DNA of 64,000 nt from Bacillales bacterium. Lineage in GTDB: Bacteria; Bacillota; Bacilli; Bacillales; DASSOY01. Where the stretch lies: the NCBI GenBank assembly GCA_035700025.1, contig DASSOY010000072.1:80771-144770 (forward strand). Reading direction: 5' to 3'. The notes beneath the pieces were generated by a model, which did no database searches, had not been told where the DNA came from, and saw nothing but the letters and a program-made list of their open reading frames with translations. Below, piece after piece: positions 10,770 to 22,290 of this stretch (positions within the stretch are counted from its first letter, which is position 1; the number at the start of each line of letters is the position of its first letter). The translations under genes were made by a program, and so were the position numbers.

Positions 10770-10800
10770 AAAGCCCGGCCGCCCGGCCGGGTTTTTCTTT
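10770..10800 (+). terminator. Rho-independent terminator of korAB
   Basis: CCCGGCC-GCCC-GGCCGGG followed by TTTTTCTTTTT. Confidence 0.8.
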
Positions 10801-10967
10801 TTAACGCCGCTGAAAGGGATTTCAGTTTGTTTGCTTCAAGGAATTTTGAAAGCGTTTTCCTTACGGTTACATTTGTGCGTATGGAGTGGACACGTATCTT
10901 TACGAACTTCCGAAATAGTGTTAGAATAGTTTTGGTTATACGTTTTTTGGAGAAAGGGGTGTACACC

Positions 10968-12008
10968 GTGGAAGGAATGATGAAGGCACTCGTTAAGAGT
11001 GAACGAGGGAGTGGAGCCCAATTGAAGCAAGTCCAGATTCCTTCGATTTCGGATAACGAAGTGCTCGTGAAGGTGAAAGCTACATCCATTTGCGGAACCG
11101 ATGTTCACATATATACATGGGACGAATGGGCGCAAAGCCGGATTCAAACACCGTATACGTTCGGACATGAGTTTTCTGGTGTTGTTGTGGAAACCGGCAA
11201 AAATGTGATCGATGTGAAAGTCGGCGATCATGTTTCGGCAGAGACGCATTTTGTGTGCGGAAGATGTCCACAATGTTTGCGAGGAGATCATCACGTCTGT
11301 CAGCATACGAAAATTCTCGGCGTGGACGTGAACGGATGTTTTGCAGAATATGTGGCCGTTCCTGCGGAAAACATTTGGCACAACAGCAAAGAGACGCCGC
11401 ATGACATTGCATCCATTCAAGAACCGATGGGAAATGCGGTTCACACCGTTTTATCCGGTGATGTAACGATGAAAACGGTCGGTATCGTTGGCTGCGGTCC
11501 GATTGGGTTGCTTGCGATTGGTGTTGCGAAGGCTGCGGGTGCGGCGAACGTATTTGCTTTTGACGTGAACGATTATCGGCTTGATTTGGCGAAACAAATG
11601 GGTGCCGATGTAACCGTGCATTCAATGAACGAAAATCCGCTCGCAGTCGTGGACAAACATACCGGCGGAAACGGATTAGAGGTCGTTTGCGAAATGTCGG
11701 GCAACCCGATTGCGATGGACCAAGCGTTTAAGATGGTTTCCTACGGCGGCCGCGTCTCGATTCTCAGCTTGCCGACGAAGCCGATCACCCTCGATGTCAC
11801 GAATGACATCGTCTTTAAAGGTGTGACCGTGAAAGGCATTACCGGAAGAAGAATGTTTGAAACATGGCGTCAAGTTTCCAGCTTCCTTGAAACGAAATCG
11901 GTTGACGTTGAACCGATGATCACGCATTCGTTTAAACTCGAAGACTTTGAAAAAGGGTTTGACCTGATGATTCAAGGGAAATGCGGGAAGGTCGTTCTTC
12001 ATCCGTGA
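10968..12008 (+). CDS. tdh: L-threonine 3-dehydrogenase (Zn-dependent MDR family)
   Basis: GTG 10968 is 6 nt after GGAGAAAGGGGTG. (V)EGMMKALVK...[26 protein letters not shown] and GCGPIGLL are present. The ORF-track start at 10827 is a spurious extension. Confidence 0.9.
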   Translation: MEGMMKALVKSERGSGAQLKQVQIPSISDNEVLVKVKATSICGTDVHIYTWDEWAQSRIQTPYTFGHEFSGVVVETGKNVIDVKVGDHVSAETHFVCGRCPQCLRGDHHVCQHTKILGVDVNGCFAEYVAVPAENIWHNSKETPHDIASIQEPMGNAVHTVLSGDVTMKTVGIVGCGPIGLLAIGVAKAAGAANVFAFDVNDYRLDLAKQMGADVTVHSMNENPLAVVDKHTGGNGLEVVCEMSGNPIAMDQAFKMVSYGGRVSILSLPTKPITLDVTNDIVFKGVTVKGITGRRMFETWRQVSSFLETKSVDVEPMITHSFKLEDFEKGFDLMIQGKCGKVVLHP

Positions 12009-12049
12009 GCATAAGTTCATATTTTAAAAACAAGAAAGGAGCATGGCCC

Positions 12050-13225
12050 ATGCAAGGCTTTGAATACTTACAAGAGCGTCTTGATGACATGAAGAAAGAA
12101 GGCGTTTTTCGCGAGCTCATTCCGCTCGAGTCGAAACAAGGCTCGAAGGTAACGATTAAAGGGAAAGAAGTCATTCAGTTGTCTTCGAACAACTACCTCG
12201 GTTTGACGGATCATCCGAAGATGATGGCTGCAGCGGAAAAGGCGGTTGAACAATACGGTGTCGGCACCGGTTCCGTACGTACGATTGCTGGAACGCTGGC
12301 GATGCACAATGAATTTGAGGAAAAATTGGCTGAATTTAAGCACACGGAAGCGGCGCTCGTCTTCCAATCGGGCTTTACGACGAACCAAGGGGTGCTTTCC
12401 TCCATTCTTAGCGAAGGCGACGTCGTCATTTCCGACGAATTGAACCACGCTTCGATTATCGACGGCATTCGTTTGACGAAAGCGGCTCGAAAAATTTACA
12501 AGCATTCCGACATGCAATCGCTCGAAGAAGCGCTGAAAGCTTCGCAAGACTATCGTACGAAGCTCGTTGTTACCGACGGTGTTTTCTCGATGGACGGCGA
12601 CATCGCACCGCTTCCGGAAATTGTCGAATTGGCCGAGAAATACGGCGCGATGGTCATGGTTGACGATGCACACGCCAGCGGTGTGCTTGGCAAAAACGGC
12701 CGCGGCACGGTCAATCATTTCGGTCTCGACGGCCGCGTACACATTCAAGTCGGTACGTTGAGCAAAGCAATCGGCGTGCTCGGCGGGTATGTCGCAAGTA
12801 CGCAAACGCTGCGTGACTATTTGATTCACCAAGGCCGCCCGTTCTTATTCAGCACCTCTCATCCGCCGGCAGTCACTGCGGCTTGCAGCGCGGCGATTGA
12901 CGTGCTGCAAGAGGAGCCGGAATTGATCGAAAAGCTTTGGGACAATACGCGCTTCTTCAAGCAATCGTTGAAAGATCTCGGCTTCGATATCGGCAACAGC
13001 GAAACGCCGATTACGCCGGTGCTTGTCGGCGACGGCGCGAAAGCGCATGAGTTGTCCGATCAACTGTTTGAACACGGCGTATTTGCGCAAGGCATTGCGT
13101 TCCCGACTGTACCGAAAGGGGCTGCCCGCGTGCGCAACATCGTTACGGCGCAACATTCGAAAGAGGAGTTGCAGCAAGCGATTGACGCTTATGAAAAAGT
13201 CGGCAAAAAACTTCGTCTCATCTAA
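12050..13225 (+). CDS. kbl: 2-amino-3-ketobutyrate CoA ligase (glycine C-acetyltransferase)
   Basis: [34 protein letters not shown] and the PLP lysine context GTLSKAIG. It follows tdh, as in B. subtilis. Confidence 0.92.
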   Translation: MQGFEYLQERLDDMKKEGVFRELIPLESKQGSKVTIKGKEVIQLSSNNYLGLTDHPKMMAAAEKAVEQYGVGTGSVRTIAGTLAMHNEFEEKLAEFKHTEAALVFQSGFTTNQGVLSSILSEGDVVISDELNHASIIDGIRLTKAARKIYKHSDMQSLEEALKASQDYRTKLVVTDGVFSMDGDIAPLPEIVELAEKYGAMVMVDDAHASGVLGKNGRGTVNHFGLDGRVHIQVGTLSKAIGVLGGYVASTQTLRDYLIHQGRPFLFSTSHPPAVTAACSAAIDVLQEEPELIEKLWDNTRFFKQSLKDLGFDIGNSETPITPVLVGDGAKAHELSDQLFEHGVFAQGIAFPTVPKGAARVRNIVTAQHSKEELQQAIDAYEKVGKKLRLI

Positions 13226-13268
13226 ACCGATACACCGCCGAACCGGCGGTTTATCGGTTTTTTTTTAT
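13224..13268 (+). terminator. Rho-independent terminator of tdh-kbl
   Basis: Long stem AAACCGATACACCGCCG-AAC-CGGCGGTTTATCGGTTT followed by a T run. Confidence 0.8.
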
Positions 13269-13331
13269 TGTTGGTTTTGGTATAATGAACAAGTTAGAGA
13301 CCGAAGCTGCAACAAGGAGGACGCAAGGAAG

Positions 13332-14834
13332 ATGACTCATTCGTCCGAAAAAACAAAATCGACCGATCATTACGCGAAATATTTTCAACATACGTATCAA
13401 GCGCCGAACTTGAAAGAAGCAAGAAGGCGTCGGAGAAACACCGTTCAACATTTAAACGATTTCAGCATTCCCGAAGACATTCAAGGACTCGGGGAAGGCA
13501 AGCACTATTTAATTCGCACGTACGGCTGCCAAATGAACGAGCATGACACAGAAGTGATGGCAGGCATTTTCGAAGAAATCGGCTATTCGGCGACGGAAGT
13601 TGAGGAAGAGGCCGATGTGATTTTGTTGAACACATGTGCAATTCGGGAAAATGCCGAAAACAAAGTGTTTGGGGAAATCGGTCATTTGACCCATTTGAAA
13701 AAAGAAAAGCCGGGGTTGATTCTCGGCGTTTGCGGCTGCATGGCGCAGGAGGAAGCGGTCGTGAATCGGATTCTCCAAAAGCATCCGCACGTCGACCTCA
13801 TCTTCGGCACGCACAACATTCATCGCTTGCCGCAGCTCATTAAAGAAGCGCTCTTTTCGAAAGAAATGGTGCTTGAAGTTTGGTCTAAGGAAGGCGACGT
13901 GATCGAGGACTTGCCGAAAGCGCGCAAAGGGAACATTCGTGCATGGGTGAACATCATGTACGGCTGCGACAAGTTTTGCACGTATTGCATCGTTCCTTAC
14001 ACGAGAGGCAAAGAACGGAGCCGCAAACCGCAGGAAATCATCAGCGAAGTGCGCGAGCTCGCACGCCAAGGGTATAAGGAAATCACGCTGCTCGGGCAAA
14101 ACGTGAACGCCTACGGCAAAGATTTGGAAGGCGAGACGTACCGCCTCAGCCACTTGATGGATGATATTCGCAAGATCGACATTCCGATCGTGCGTTTTAC
14201 GACAAGTCACCCGTGGGATTTCACGGATGATTTAATCGAAGTGCTGGCCAAAGGCGGCAACCTTGCGGAACACATTCATTTGCCGGTTCAATCCGGAAAT
14301 TCCGACATTTTAAAAATCATGGGCCGCAATTACTCGCGCGAGTCATACCTCGAGTTGTTCCATAAGCTGAAGAAGGCGATTCCGAACGCATCGTTCACGA
14401 CCGACATCATCGTCGGTTATCCGAACGAGACGGAAGAACAGTTCGAAGATACGTTGTCGCTCGTAAGGGAGTGCCAATTTGACGGCGCGTTCACGTTCAT
14501 TTATTCGCCGCGTCCCGGGACACCGGCGGCGAAAATGAAAGATGATGTGCCGATGGACGTAAAGAAAGAGCGGTTGCAGCGGCTCAACGCGCTCGTTAAC
14601 GAACTTTCGGCCAAGAGCAGCAAACGATACGAAGGCAAAACCGTCGAAGTGCTCGTCGAAGGGGAAAGCAAGAAAAATCCGGACGTTTTGTCTGGACATA
14701 CGCGAACTAACAAAGTGGTGAACTTCCGCGGGGATCCTTCCCTCATCGGGGAAATTGTGCCCGTGAAGATCAAGCAGGCGAAAACTTGGTCGTTAGACGG
14801 AGAACTGGCCACAGCAGTCGAGGTGAGTCGATAA
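13332..14834 (+). CDS. miaB: tRNA-i6A37 methylthiotransferase MiaB (radical SAM)
   Basis: ATG 13332. [14 protein letters not shown] (N-terminal Cys cluster), radical-SAM [11 protein letters not shown] and a C-terminal TRAM domain. The ORF-track start at 13023 overlaps kbl and its terminator. Confidence 0.92.
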   Translation: MTHSSEKTKSTDHYAKYFQHTYQAPNLKEARRRRRNTVQHLNDFSIPEDIQGLGEGKHYLIRTYGCQMNEHDTEVMAGIFEEIGYSATEVEEEADVILLNTCAIRENAENKVFGEIGHLTHLKKEKPGLILGVCGCMAQEEAVVNRILQKHPHVDLIFGTHNIHRLPQLIKEALFSKEMVLEVWSKEGDVIEDLPKARKGNIRAWVNIMYGCDKFCTYCIVPYTRGKERSRKPQEIISEVRELARQGYKEITLLGQNVNAYGKDLEGETYRLSHLMDDIRKIDIPIVRFTTSHPWDFTDDLIEVLAKGGNLAEHIHLPVQSGNSDILKIMGRNYSRESYLELFHKLKKAIPNASFTTDIIVGYPNETEEQFEDTLSLVRECQFDGAFTFIYSPRPGTPAAKMKDDVPMDVKKERLQRLNALVNELSAKSSKRYEGKTVEVLVEGESKKNPDVLSGHTRTNKVVNFRGDPSLIGEIVPVKIKQAKTWSLDGELATAVEVSR

Positions 14835-15232
14835 TGGAAAAATATTCACGAGTGGAAATCATCGGCAAGGCGAAACAACTCGCGCGGATGATTTCGGAAA
14901 CCGAAGAAGTCGAATTCTTTCAAAAAGCGGAACAGCAAATTAACGAAAACGAGAAAGTGAGCGGATTGATCGCGCAAATTAAATTGAAACAAAAAGAAGC
15001 CGTCAATTTGCAGCATTTTGGGAAACACGAAGCTTTGAAAAAGGTGGAAGCGGAAATTGATGAGCTGACGGATGAACTCGAAGGCATTCCGATCGTACAG
15101 GAATTCAAAGATTCCCAGTCGAGGATCAATCAGTTGCTGCAGCTCATTTCCAAGACGATTTCCAACACCGTTACCGAAGAAATCATTAAAGCGAGCGAAT
15201 CCAATGAAACAAAGCTCGATTTAAAATCATAA
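14834..15232 (+). CDS. ricA: RicA (YmcA) regulatory iron-sulfur/RNase Y-associated protein
   Basis: ATG 14834 overlaps the mia[40 protein letters not shown] is YmcA/YlbF-family sequence. It sits between miaB and cotE, as in B. subtilis. Confidence 0.8.
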   Translation: MEKYSRVEIIGKAKQLARMISETEEVEFFQKAEQQINENEKVSGLIAQIKLKQKEAVNLQHFGKHEALKKVEAEIDELTDELEGIPIVQEFKDSQSRINQLLQLISKTISNTVTEEIIKASESNETKLDLKS

Positions 15233-15240
15233 CGTGAACG

Positions 15241-15266
15241 AACGCCCCGGCCGGGGCGTTTTTTTC
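15241..15266 (+). terminator. Rho-independent terminator of miaB-ricA
   Basis: AACGCCCCGG/CCGGGGCGTT followed by T7. Confidence 0.85.
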
Positions 15267-15388
15267 ATGGGGAAGGAGCTCTCGCGTGCCGAAAACTGCA
15301 TGATCATCGGGAAGATCGACATTGCACACTAGTCATTCGCCCTGCATAAGATGGGATTGAGATTGGAAGGGGAGGTATTAACAAGAAA

Positions 15389-15955
15389 ATGTCATTTGAT
15401 CATGAACAAAACTATCGAGAAATTATCACAAAGGCGGTCGTCGGCAAAGGAAGAAAATTTTCGCAAAGCGCGCACACCGTTTCTCCGGCGCATCGTCCGT
15501 CAAGCATCCTTGGCTGCTGGATCATCAACCATAAGTACAGAGCGAGAAAAGACGGAGATGTCGTCGTCATCGAAGGAAGCTATGACACGAATACGTGGTA
15601 TTCCCATAATAAGAATACGAAAACCGAAGTTGCGACGGAAACGGTCTCTTATAAAGACGTTGTTCCGCTTTCGGCCAAAGATGAAAACTGCGATAAGTTC
15701 GAAGACGTGCACGTTCGAATCTTGCAAGAGCCGAATTGCTTGGAGGCGAACATTTCTCCAAACGGCAATAAAATCATTATCCAGGCGGAACGCGAAGTAA
15801 TCGTTGAAGTCATCGGCGAGACGAAAATGTGCGTAGCGGTCAATCCGGACGGCTGCATCGGAGACGTTGAGGACAAAAACTGGGACTATGAACTCGAAGA
15901 TGAAGAATTCGAAGATTTGGATCCGAATTTTCTCGTCGGAGATCTTGAAGAATAA
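15389..15955 (+). CDS. cotE: Spore coat morphogenetic protein CotE
   Basis: [42 protein letters not shown] parallels B. subtilis CotE. Acidic C-terminus [21 protein letters not shown]. Confidence 0.9.
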   Translation: MSFDHEQNYREIITKAVVGKGRKFSQSAHTVSPAHRPSSILGCWIINHKYRARKDGDVVVIEGSYDTNTWYSHNKNTKTEVATETVSYKDVVPLSAKDENCDKFEDVHVRILQEPNCLEANISPNGNKIIIQAEREVIVEVIGETKMCVAVNPDGCIGDVEDKNWDYELEDEEFEDLDPNFLVGDLEE

Positions 15956-16007
15956 CCGGGAAGAAGGGCCCTTCTCCCCGGTTTTTTCCGTATAACGAGG
16001 GAGAGCG

Positions 16008-17054
16008 ATGAAAAAAGCGTTGGCGAATTACATTTCCGGACTGCCGCTCCGGCGCGTGCATGTGCTCCACGATAGGAAAATTACGTTACGTGTGATCAAC
16101 GATGAGTTTGAAGCCATTAAAGTGGAATGGAAGAAACCAGGGGAAACCGACGGTTGGCAGCCGGCGAATCGCGAGGAGCGGTTTCGATTCCGCAAAGGAA
16201 TCGAGACGGCGGTCCATGTTTTGTACGTTTGCGACCTTCCGCACGGCGAATGTATTGTTCAGCGGGAGACGGATGATGAATACCATCTGTTCAAGGTAAG
16301 CGGCAAGGCTGACAGGAACGAACGCCGGCCGCCGTCGGGAATCATCACATACGGCGCGGATGTCGAATGTTTAGTTGTGAGGCGAGGCAGTCATCGACTA
16401 GTACCGGCTTCGCAATGGCTGAGAAGAAACGGTGCGATCGGTTACGATGATGCGGTCGCATTGAAAGGCAACAAAGTTTTGCGGCCGATCGTCGAATTGC
16501 GGCCGGAGCCGGCGGCCGACGGGGATCAATTGTTTATCAATGTGAGCAAACTGTATGTCCGGTTGGAACAATTTTTACGAAAAAATGGGCTTTGCGCCGT
16601 TTCCGAAGGACGCGGGCGATTGTCCCTCGGCGGCCATTTGCATATTGGCGGCGTTCGGCCTTCGTTTTCGCTCGTTCGCCGTCTCGATGTTTTTCTTGCC
16701 TTGCCGATGGCGCTGATCGAACCGGGCGATCCGACGATGCGGCGGAAACGGTTCGGAAGGTTTGGCTCCGTGCGTGCCAACGACTTTGACGGCTTTGAAT
16801 ATCGGGTGCTTGCTTCTTGGTATGATAGGATTCCGGAACTGCTCCCGATGTTTCGTTGGTTTTGTTACCTCGTGCGGCACTATGACCGCCTGCCGTATCT
16901 CTCATTTTCGACAACGATTCTCGAAAGCTATAATGCTCATTCGATCGACCTGTTGAAAGAAACGGCTGCCTGCCTTGAAGGCATTTGTGCAGACATGTTG
17001 CCTGCGGACGATTACAAGTGCATCGCGACGCCTTTTTTTCGGTTGCTTCGCTAG
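16008..17054 (+). CDS. Uncharacterised protein with glutamine-synthetase-fold COOH-NH2 ligase (amidoligase)-like motifs
   Basis: 348 codons. It carries an ordered motif set: YGADVECLV, IVELRPEP, LGGHLHIGG, FGSVRAND, GFEYRV. This is reminiscent of amidoligase/gamma-glutamyl-cysteine-ligase-like families (ExE ... ELxxP ... GxHxH ... R.N ... hEFR). Function is inferred only. Confidence 0.75.
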   Translation: MKKALANYISGLPLRRVHVLHDRKITLRVINDEFEAIKVEWKKPGETDGWQPANREERFRFRKGIETAVHVLYVCDLPHGECIVQRETDDEYHLFKVSGKADRNERRPPSGIITYGADVECLVVRRGSHRLVPASQWLRRNGAIGYDDAVALKGNKVLRPIVELRPEPAADGDQLFINVSKLYVRLEQFLRKNGLCAVSEGRGRLSLGGHLHIGGVRPSFSLVRRLDVFLALPMALIEPGDPTMRRKRFGRFGSVRANDFDGFEYRVLASWYDRIPELLPMFRWFCYLVRHYDRLPYLSFSTTILESYNAHSIDLLKETAACLEGICADMLPADDYKCIATPFFRLLR

Positions 17055-17105
17055 AAACAGAGTATGCTATAATACTTGCAGATGCAGGCGAAAGGATGTC
17101 GAAGC

Positions 17106-19709
17106 ATGGCGTACACTCCGATGATTCAACAATATTTGTCGATTAAGGCACAATACAAGGATGCCTTTTTATTTTTCCGTCTCGGCGATTTTTACGAGAT
17201 GTTTTTCGAGGACGCCAAGCGTGCTTCCAAAGAACTTGAGATTACGCTGACTTCGCGGGACGGAGGCGGAAACGAGCGGATTCCGATGTGCGGGGTGCCT
17301 TATCATTCCGCTTCCGCTTACATCAACCAGTTGATCGAAAAAGGATACAAGATTGCGATTTGCGAACAGATGGAAGATCCGAAGGTGACGAAAGGGATGG
17401 TCAGGCGCGAGGTGGTCCAGCTGATCACCCCCGGGACGATCATGGAAGGGAAAACCCTCAGTGAAAAACAAAACAATTTTATCGTCGCTTTGTCGATGTT
17501 TGATGATCGCTCCTACGGCTTGGCGATGAACGATTTGACGACGGGGGAAAACCGTCTGACGATCGTTTCCGGCGATTGGGACGAGGTTATCCGGGAAATT
17601 GACGCGGTCGATGCGCGGGAGGTCGTCGTGCCTCCCGACCTTCCCGAACAACACGCCAAGCGGATGCGGCAGCAGTTGGACATTACATTGTCGGTCGAAG
17701 CGGAAACGGACGTTCACGAGTCGTTTCGGCCGTTGACGGAAAAGCTCGATGACGATTCATCGATCCTTGCTTTCGGTCGATTGCTGAACTATTTGCTGCG
17801 GACGCAAAAACGGTCACTCGATCATTTGCAGCCGGTGGAAGTCGTTGAACCGAACCAATACATGAAAATGGACGTGCATTCGAAACGAAATTTGGAGCTC
17901 GTCGAGACGATCCGCAACAAAGGGAAAAAAGGGTCGCTGCTCTGGCTCCTTGATGAGACGGCGACGGCTATGGGAGCAAGAAAACTGAAGCAATGGATCG
18001 AACGCCCGCTCGTGAGCCGGCAGGCGATTGCCGAAAGGCTGCAAGTTGTCGCTGCGTTAAAGGACCAATTCTTTCAGAGAGAAGCGTTGCGCGAAGAGTT
18101 GAAAGGCGTGTACGACCTTGAACGATTGGCGGGGCGAGTGGCGTTCGGCAACGTCAACGCGCGGGATTTGGTGCAATTGAAGAAATCGCTGCAGCGGGTT
18201 CCGGGGATTGTCGCGGTCGTCAATGAGCTTGAGGAATTGCCGGTTCAGGAAAGGTTCGGCCGTCTCGAATTGTGCGAATCGCTCGTCGCGTTGCTTGAAG
18301 CTGGCATCGCCGACGACCCGCCGCTTTCCGTAAAAGACGGCGGACTGATTAAGGACGGTTACAACCGCCAGTTGGACGAGTACCGCGAAGCGGCACGGAA
18401 CGGGAAAGATTGGATTGCCGCCCTGCAGATGAGAGAACGGGAAGAAACAGGCATCAAGTCGCTGAAAGTCGGCTTTAACAAAGTGTTCGGCTATTATATC
18501 GAAGTGACGAAAGCGAACCTCGGCCAAATTCCGGAAGGCCGTTACGAACGAAAACAAACGTTGACAAATGCGGAACGGTACGTCACCCCTGAATTGAAAG
18601 AAAAGGAAGTGCTGATTCTCGAGGCTGAGGAGAAAATGCTTGACCTTGAATACGAACTGTTCTTGGCGATTCGCGAACAAGTGAAAACGTACATACCTGA
18701 TTTGCAGCTTCTTGCGAAACAGATCGCCGAACTCGACGTGTTGCAAGGGTTCGCGGTTGTGAGCGAAGAAAGGCAGTATTGCTGCCCGGAATTTTCCCGC
18801 GACCGGGAAATCATGATTCGCGGCGGAAGGCATCCCGTCGTTGAGAAAGTGCTCGACGACGGCACGTATGTTGCCAATAATTTCGAGATGAACCGCGAGC
18901 GGAACATGCTGCTGATCACGGGACCGAACATGGCGGGAAAGAGCACGTATATGCGCCAGCTCGCGCTGACCGCCGTAATGATGCAGGTCGGTTGTTTCGT
19001 TCCCGCGGCGGAAGCCCGTTTGCCGATCTTCGATCAAGTGTTCACGCGTATTGGGGCGGCCGACGATCTCGTCGGCGGTCAAAGCACGTTCATGGTCGAA
19101 ATGCTCGAAACGAAGGATGCGCTCGCAAAGGCGACCGAACATAGTCTCATCTTGCTCGATGAGATCGGCAGGGGAACGTCGACGTACGACGGGATCGCGC
19201 TTGCCCAGGCGATCATTGAGCATATTCACGACACGATCAAAGCGACGACACTGTTTTCGACCCATTACCATGAACTTACGAAACTAGGCAAAACCCTCGA
19301 CCGGCTCGTAAACGTTCACGTCGGGGCAATGGAGGACGAAGGACGCATCGTGTTTCTCCATAAAGTGATCGAAGGGGCCGCGGATGAGAGCTACGGCATC
19401 CACGTCGCGCAGTTGGCGGAATTGCCCGACGAAGTCATTGCGCGGGCGCGCGTCATTTTGAAAGAGTTGGAGACGTCGTCGCAAGCAGCCGCGAGCGTCC
19501 AAGATCGCCGGTCGGAAGAACGGGATCTCGGTAAGCAATTGTCGTTTTTCGTGCGCGATTCCGGGGGACACCCGAAGCGAAAAGCGATGTCGGAGAAAGA
19601 AGGGCAATTGATCCGGAAACTGCAAACGATCGATTTGATGGAGTTGACGCCGCTTGAGGCGATGAACAAGTTGTACGAGCTGCAAAAAATGGTGGACGAG
19701 AAAGGGTGA
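17106..19709 (+). CDS. mutS: DNA mismatch repair protein MutS
   Basis: [37 protein letters not shown], Walker [14 protein letters not shown], and [12 protein letters not shown]. Confidence 0.96.
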   Translation: MAYTPMIQQYLSIKAQYKDAFLFFRLGDFYEMFFEDAKRASKELEITLTSRDGGGNERIPMCGVPYHSASAYINQLIEKGYKIAICEQMEDPKVTKGMVRREVVQLITPGTIMEGKTLSEKQNNFIVALSMFDDRSYGLAMNDLTTGENRLTIVSGDWDEVIREIDAVDAREVVVPPDLPEQHAKRMRQQLDITLSVEAETDVHESFRPLTEKLDDDSSILAFGRLLNYLLRTQKRSLDHLQPVEVVEPNQYMKMDVHSKRNLELVETIRNKGKKGSLLWLLDETATAMGARKLKQWIERPLVSRQAIAERLQVVAALKDQFFQREALREELKGVYDLERLAGRVAFGNVNARDLVQLKKSLQRVPGIVAVVNELEELPVQERFGRLELCESLVALLEAGIADDPPLSVKDGGLIKDGYNRQLDEYREAARNGKDWIAALQMREREETGIKSLKVGFNKVFGYYIEVTKANLGQIPEGRYERKQTLTNAERYVTPELKEKEVLILEAEEKMLDLEYELFLAIREQVKTYIPDLQLLAKQIAELDVLQGFAVVSEERQYCCPEFSRDREIMIRGGRHPVVEKVLDDGTYVANNFEMNRERNMLLITGPNMAGKSTYMRQLALTAVMMQVGCFVPAAEARLPIFDQVFTRIGAADDLVGGQSTFMVEMLETKDALAKATEHSLILLDEIGRGTSTYDGIALAQAIIEHIHDTIKATTLFSTHYHELTKLGKTLDRLVNVHVGAMEDEGRIVFLHKVIEGAADESYGIHVAQLAELPDEVIARARVILKELETSSQAAASVQDRRSEERDLGKQLSFFVRDSGGHPKRKAMSEKEGQLIRKLQTIDLMELTPLEAMNKLYELQKMVDEKG

Positions 19710-19714
19710 GGCGT

Positions 19715-21538
19715 ATGGGCCGGATTGTTCGGCTTGACGATCGGTTATCAAATAAAATTGCCGCGGGAGAAGTCGTCGAACGGCCCGCATCCGTCGTAAA
19801 AGAGTTAGCGGAAAACGCCGTCGACGCTGGAAGCACGACGGTCGAAATCGAGGTGGAAGACGGCGGGCTCGGTAAAATTAAAATCGTCGACAACGGGTCC
19901 GGCATTGAACCTGAGGACGTGGAGCTTGCGTTCGATCGACATGCGACGAGCAAAATTAAAGACGAGAAAGATTTGTTTCATATCGAGACGCTCGGGTTTC
20001 GCGGGGAGGCGCTGCCGAGTATCGCTTCGGTGGCGAGAGTCGAAATGAAAACGGGAACGGGGGAGCATGCGGGGACGCATGTCGTCATCGAAGGCGGGAA
20101 AATGGTGGAACAGCGGCCGGCTTCCGGCAGGAAAGGGACGGAAATAACAGTGACGCGGCTTTTTTACAATACGCCAGCCCGGCTAAAGCATTTGAAGACG
20201 GTCCATACCGAGCTTGGCAACATTACCGACGTCGTTTACCGGCTTGCGTTAGGATACCCGCAAGTGGTGTTTCGGCTTTCGCACAACGGAAAGCGCAGTT
20301 TTCAAACGAACGGCAATGGTGACGTACGTCAAGTGCTGGCCGCGATCTACGGGCTCAATACCGCGAGAAAGACGGTTCCCGTTGCGGCGAAATCGATTGA
20401 CTTCGACGTGACGGGTTACATTGCCAAGCCCGAAGTGACACGTGCTTCGCGCCAGCATATGCAGCTGTTCATGAACCGCCGGTACATACGAAATTACGCG
20501 GTGACGAAAGCGGTATTGGAGGCTTTTCATACGCTGCTTCCGATTCGTCGCTATCCGATCGCGGTAATACACATTGAAATGGACCCGACGCTCATTGACG
20601 TCAACGTTCATCCATCGAAGCTTGAAGCGCGCTTGAGCAAAGAACGGGAATTGTGTCGGCTTGTTGAGCAAGCCGTGGGGGATGCTTTAAAACGGTTACA
20701 ATTGATTCCGCAAGCACCTGCCCCGAAGCAGCATCGCGAACAATCGGACCAGCAACAATTTTTGTTTCACCCGCGGCAAGACAAGGAGATCCCGAAAGAT
20801 GCGTCCAGCGGAACGGCTCGTTCACTTCCGAAGCAAGAAAACGGAACCGCTGTTCGAGAGAGCAAAGATGGTTATGAAAGCAAATTCGGCGAAGACGTCT
20901 CTTCTGTTCCTTCCGAAAGTGAAGAAACGGCTGTTGACACCGAAAGGCGGACGGAAAGGATTCCGTATCTCTCTCCAATCGGACAGCTTCACGGAACGTA
21001 CATTTTGGCGCAAAATGAGAACGGCCTTTTCATTATTGATCAACATGCGGCGCAAGAAAGGGTTAAATATGAGTTTTATCGGGAAAAAGTACGTAGAACG
21101 AACGGACAAGTGCAAGAGCTTCTGTTGCCGATGACGTTTGAATTTACGGCGTCGGAAGCATCGGTGGTCGAACAACATCTCGCTGATTTGCGGCATGTCG
21201 GGGTTTTTTTGGAGCCGTTTGGACCGAGCAGCTTTATCGTTCGTTCTCATCCAGATTGGTTTCCCGAAGGGTTTGAGAAAGAAACGATTGAGGATCTTGT
21301 TCACCAAGTAACTGAAAACTCAATGATTGATATTGGCAGGCTGCGTGAAGAAGCCGCGATCTTAATGTCTTGCAAACGATCGATTAAAGCGAACCACCAC
21401 TTGCGCGAAGATGAAATGATCGCCCTTCTGGAAAGCTTGCGAACGTGCGAGGATCCGTTCACTTGCCCGCACGGGCGGCCGGTCATCGTTCGTTTTTCTG
21501 GATACGACTTAGAGAAAATGTTCAAAAGGGTTATGTGA
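19715..21538 (+). CDS. mutL: DNA mismatch repair protein MutL
   Basis: [39 protein letters not shown] (GHKL ATPase). C-terminal endonuclease region [13 protein letters not shown] and CPHGRP. GTG 19706 is an alternative start. Confidence 0.95.
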   Translation: MGRIVRLDDRLSNKIAAGEVVERPASVVKELAENAVDAGSTTVEIEVEDGGLGKIKIVDNGSGIEPEDVELAFDRHATSKIKDEKDLFHIETLGFRGEALPSIASVARVEMKTGTGEHAGTHVVIEGGKMVEQRPASGRKGTEITVTRLFYNTPARLKHLKTVHTELGNITDVVYRLALGYPQVVFRLSHNGKRSFQTNGNGDVRQVLAAIYGLNTARKTVPVAAKSIDFDVTGYIAKPEVTRASRQHMQLFMNRRYIRNYAVTKAVLEAFHTLLPIRRYPIAVIHIEMDPTLIDVNVHPSKLEARLSKERELCRLVEQAVGDALKRLQLIPQAPAPKQHREQSDQQQFLFHPRQDKEIPKDASSGTARSLPKQENGTAVRESKDGYESKFGEDVSSVPSESEETAVDTERRTERIPYLSPIGQLHGTYILAQNENGLFIIDQHAAQERVKYEFYREKVRRTNGQVQELLLPMTFEFTASEASVVEQHLADLRHVGVFLEPFGPSSFIVRSHPDWFPEGFEKETIEDLVHQVTENSMIDIGRLREEAAILMSCKRSIKANHHLREDEMIALLESLRTCEDPFTCPHGRPVIVRFSGYDLEKMFKRVM

Positions 21539-21614
21539 AAACAAGGATTTTGTCCAAGTTTGTAGAAGTAATGAAGAAGTTCTATGGATAACGCCGATGA
21601 AACGGGGGGATTAG

Positions 21615-22193
21615 ATGACGGATCCGGAATCTCTATTTCATGACATAGCACAAGACAACGTCGTCATTCATTATTTTAAAAACCATAGTTTGCGAGTCAT
21701 GCTCTTGTCCAGTTCACTCGGGAAACGATACGGTTGTTATGATGAAAATTTGCGGATTGCCGCCATGCTTCACGACATCGGGAAAATGGGCATCTCTAAA
21801 GAAATTTTATTTAAACCGGACCGATTAAACGATCTTGAAATGGAAATCATCAAGACGCATCCACATACAGGAAATCGGATTGTGAGAAATTATCTCGGCT
21901 TCCCGGAAGCGGCGGAATACGTGCGTGATCATCATGAACGGTGGGACGGCGCCGGGTATCCGCGCGGGTTGAAAGGGAAAGAAATTTCAATTCAAGGTAG
22001 AATCATTTCCATTTGTGACGCGTATGATACGATGACGCTTGATAACCGGTCTTACAAAAAGGATCAATTCAATTCGGGTCAGGCCGTGAGCGAACTGATG
22101 GCGCAGGCGGGGAAACAGTTTGATTCGGAGCTCGTTCATCTTTTCATCGACATGCTGCCGGAAATCAAAATTCCGATGTATTTGTTGGATTAA
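21615..22193 (+). CDS. Stand-alone HD-GYP domain protein (putative cyclic-di-nucleotide phosphodiesterase)
   Basis: AAMLHDIGK, THPHTG and HHERWDGAGYPRGLKG motifs in only 192 aa, with no receiver or sensor domain. RBS GGGGGGA. Confidence 0.8.
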   Translation: MTDPESLFHDIAQDNVVIHYFKNHSLRVMLLSSSLGKRYGCYDENLRIAAMLHDIGKMGISKEILFKPDRLNDLEMEIIKTHPHTGNRIVRNYLGFPEAAEYVRDHHERWDGAGYPRGLKGKEISIQGRIISICDAYDTMTLDNRSYKKDQFNSGQAVSELMAQAGKQFDSELVHLFIDMLPEIKIPMYLLD

Positions 22194-22290
22194 TCAACCG
22201 GCTTTCGCTGCGGCTTAAAGAAGGTTATGAATCAAAGAAAATATGGCGACAATGAAAGATACGTTGTAAGCACGACTAGGTGGGACGGTT

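Noticed and set aside
15351-15800. A 149 aa ORF overlapping cotE in another frame.
   Set aside because: The cotE frame carries the conserved CotE sequence. The alternative frame is Arg/Lys/Ser-rich with no RBS.
18057-19271. Very long antisense ORFs opposite real genes: 404 aa opposite mutS, 438 aa at 60065..61381 opposite the acyl-CoA synthetase, 414 aa at 44100..45344 opposite selB, and 366 aa at 1902..3002 opposite cinA.
   Set aside because: They have Arg/His/Phe-rich low-complexity composition, no RBS and no recognisable motifs. Each lies exactly opposite a gene with strong family motifs. They are typical stop-codon-poor shadow frames.
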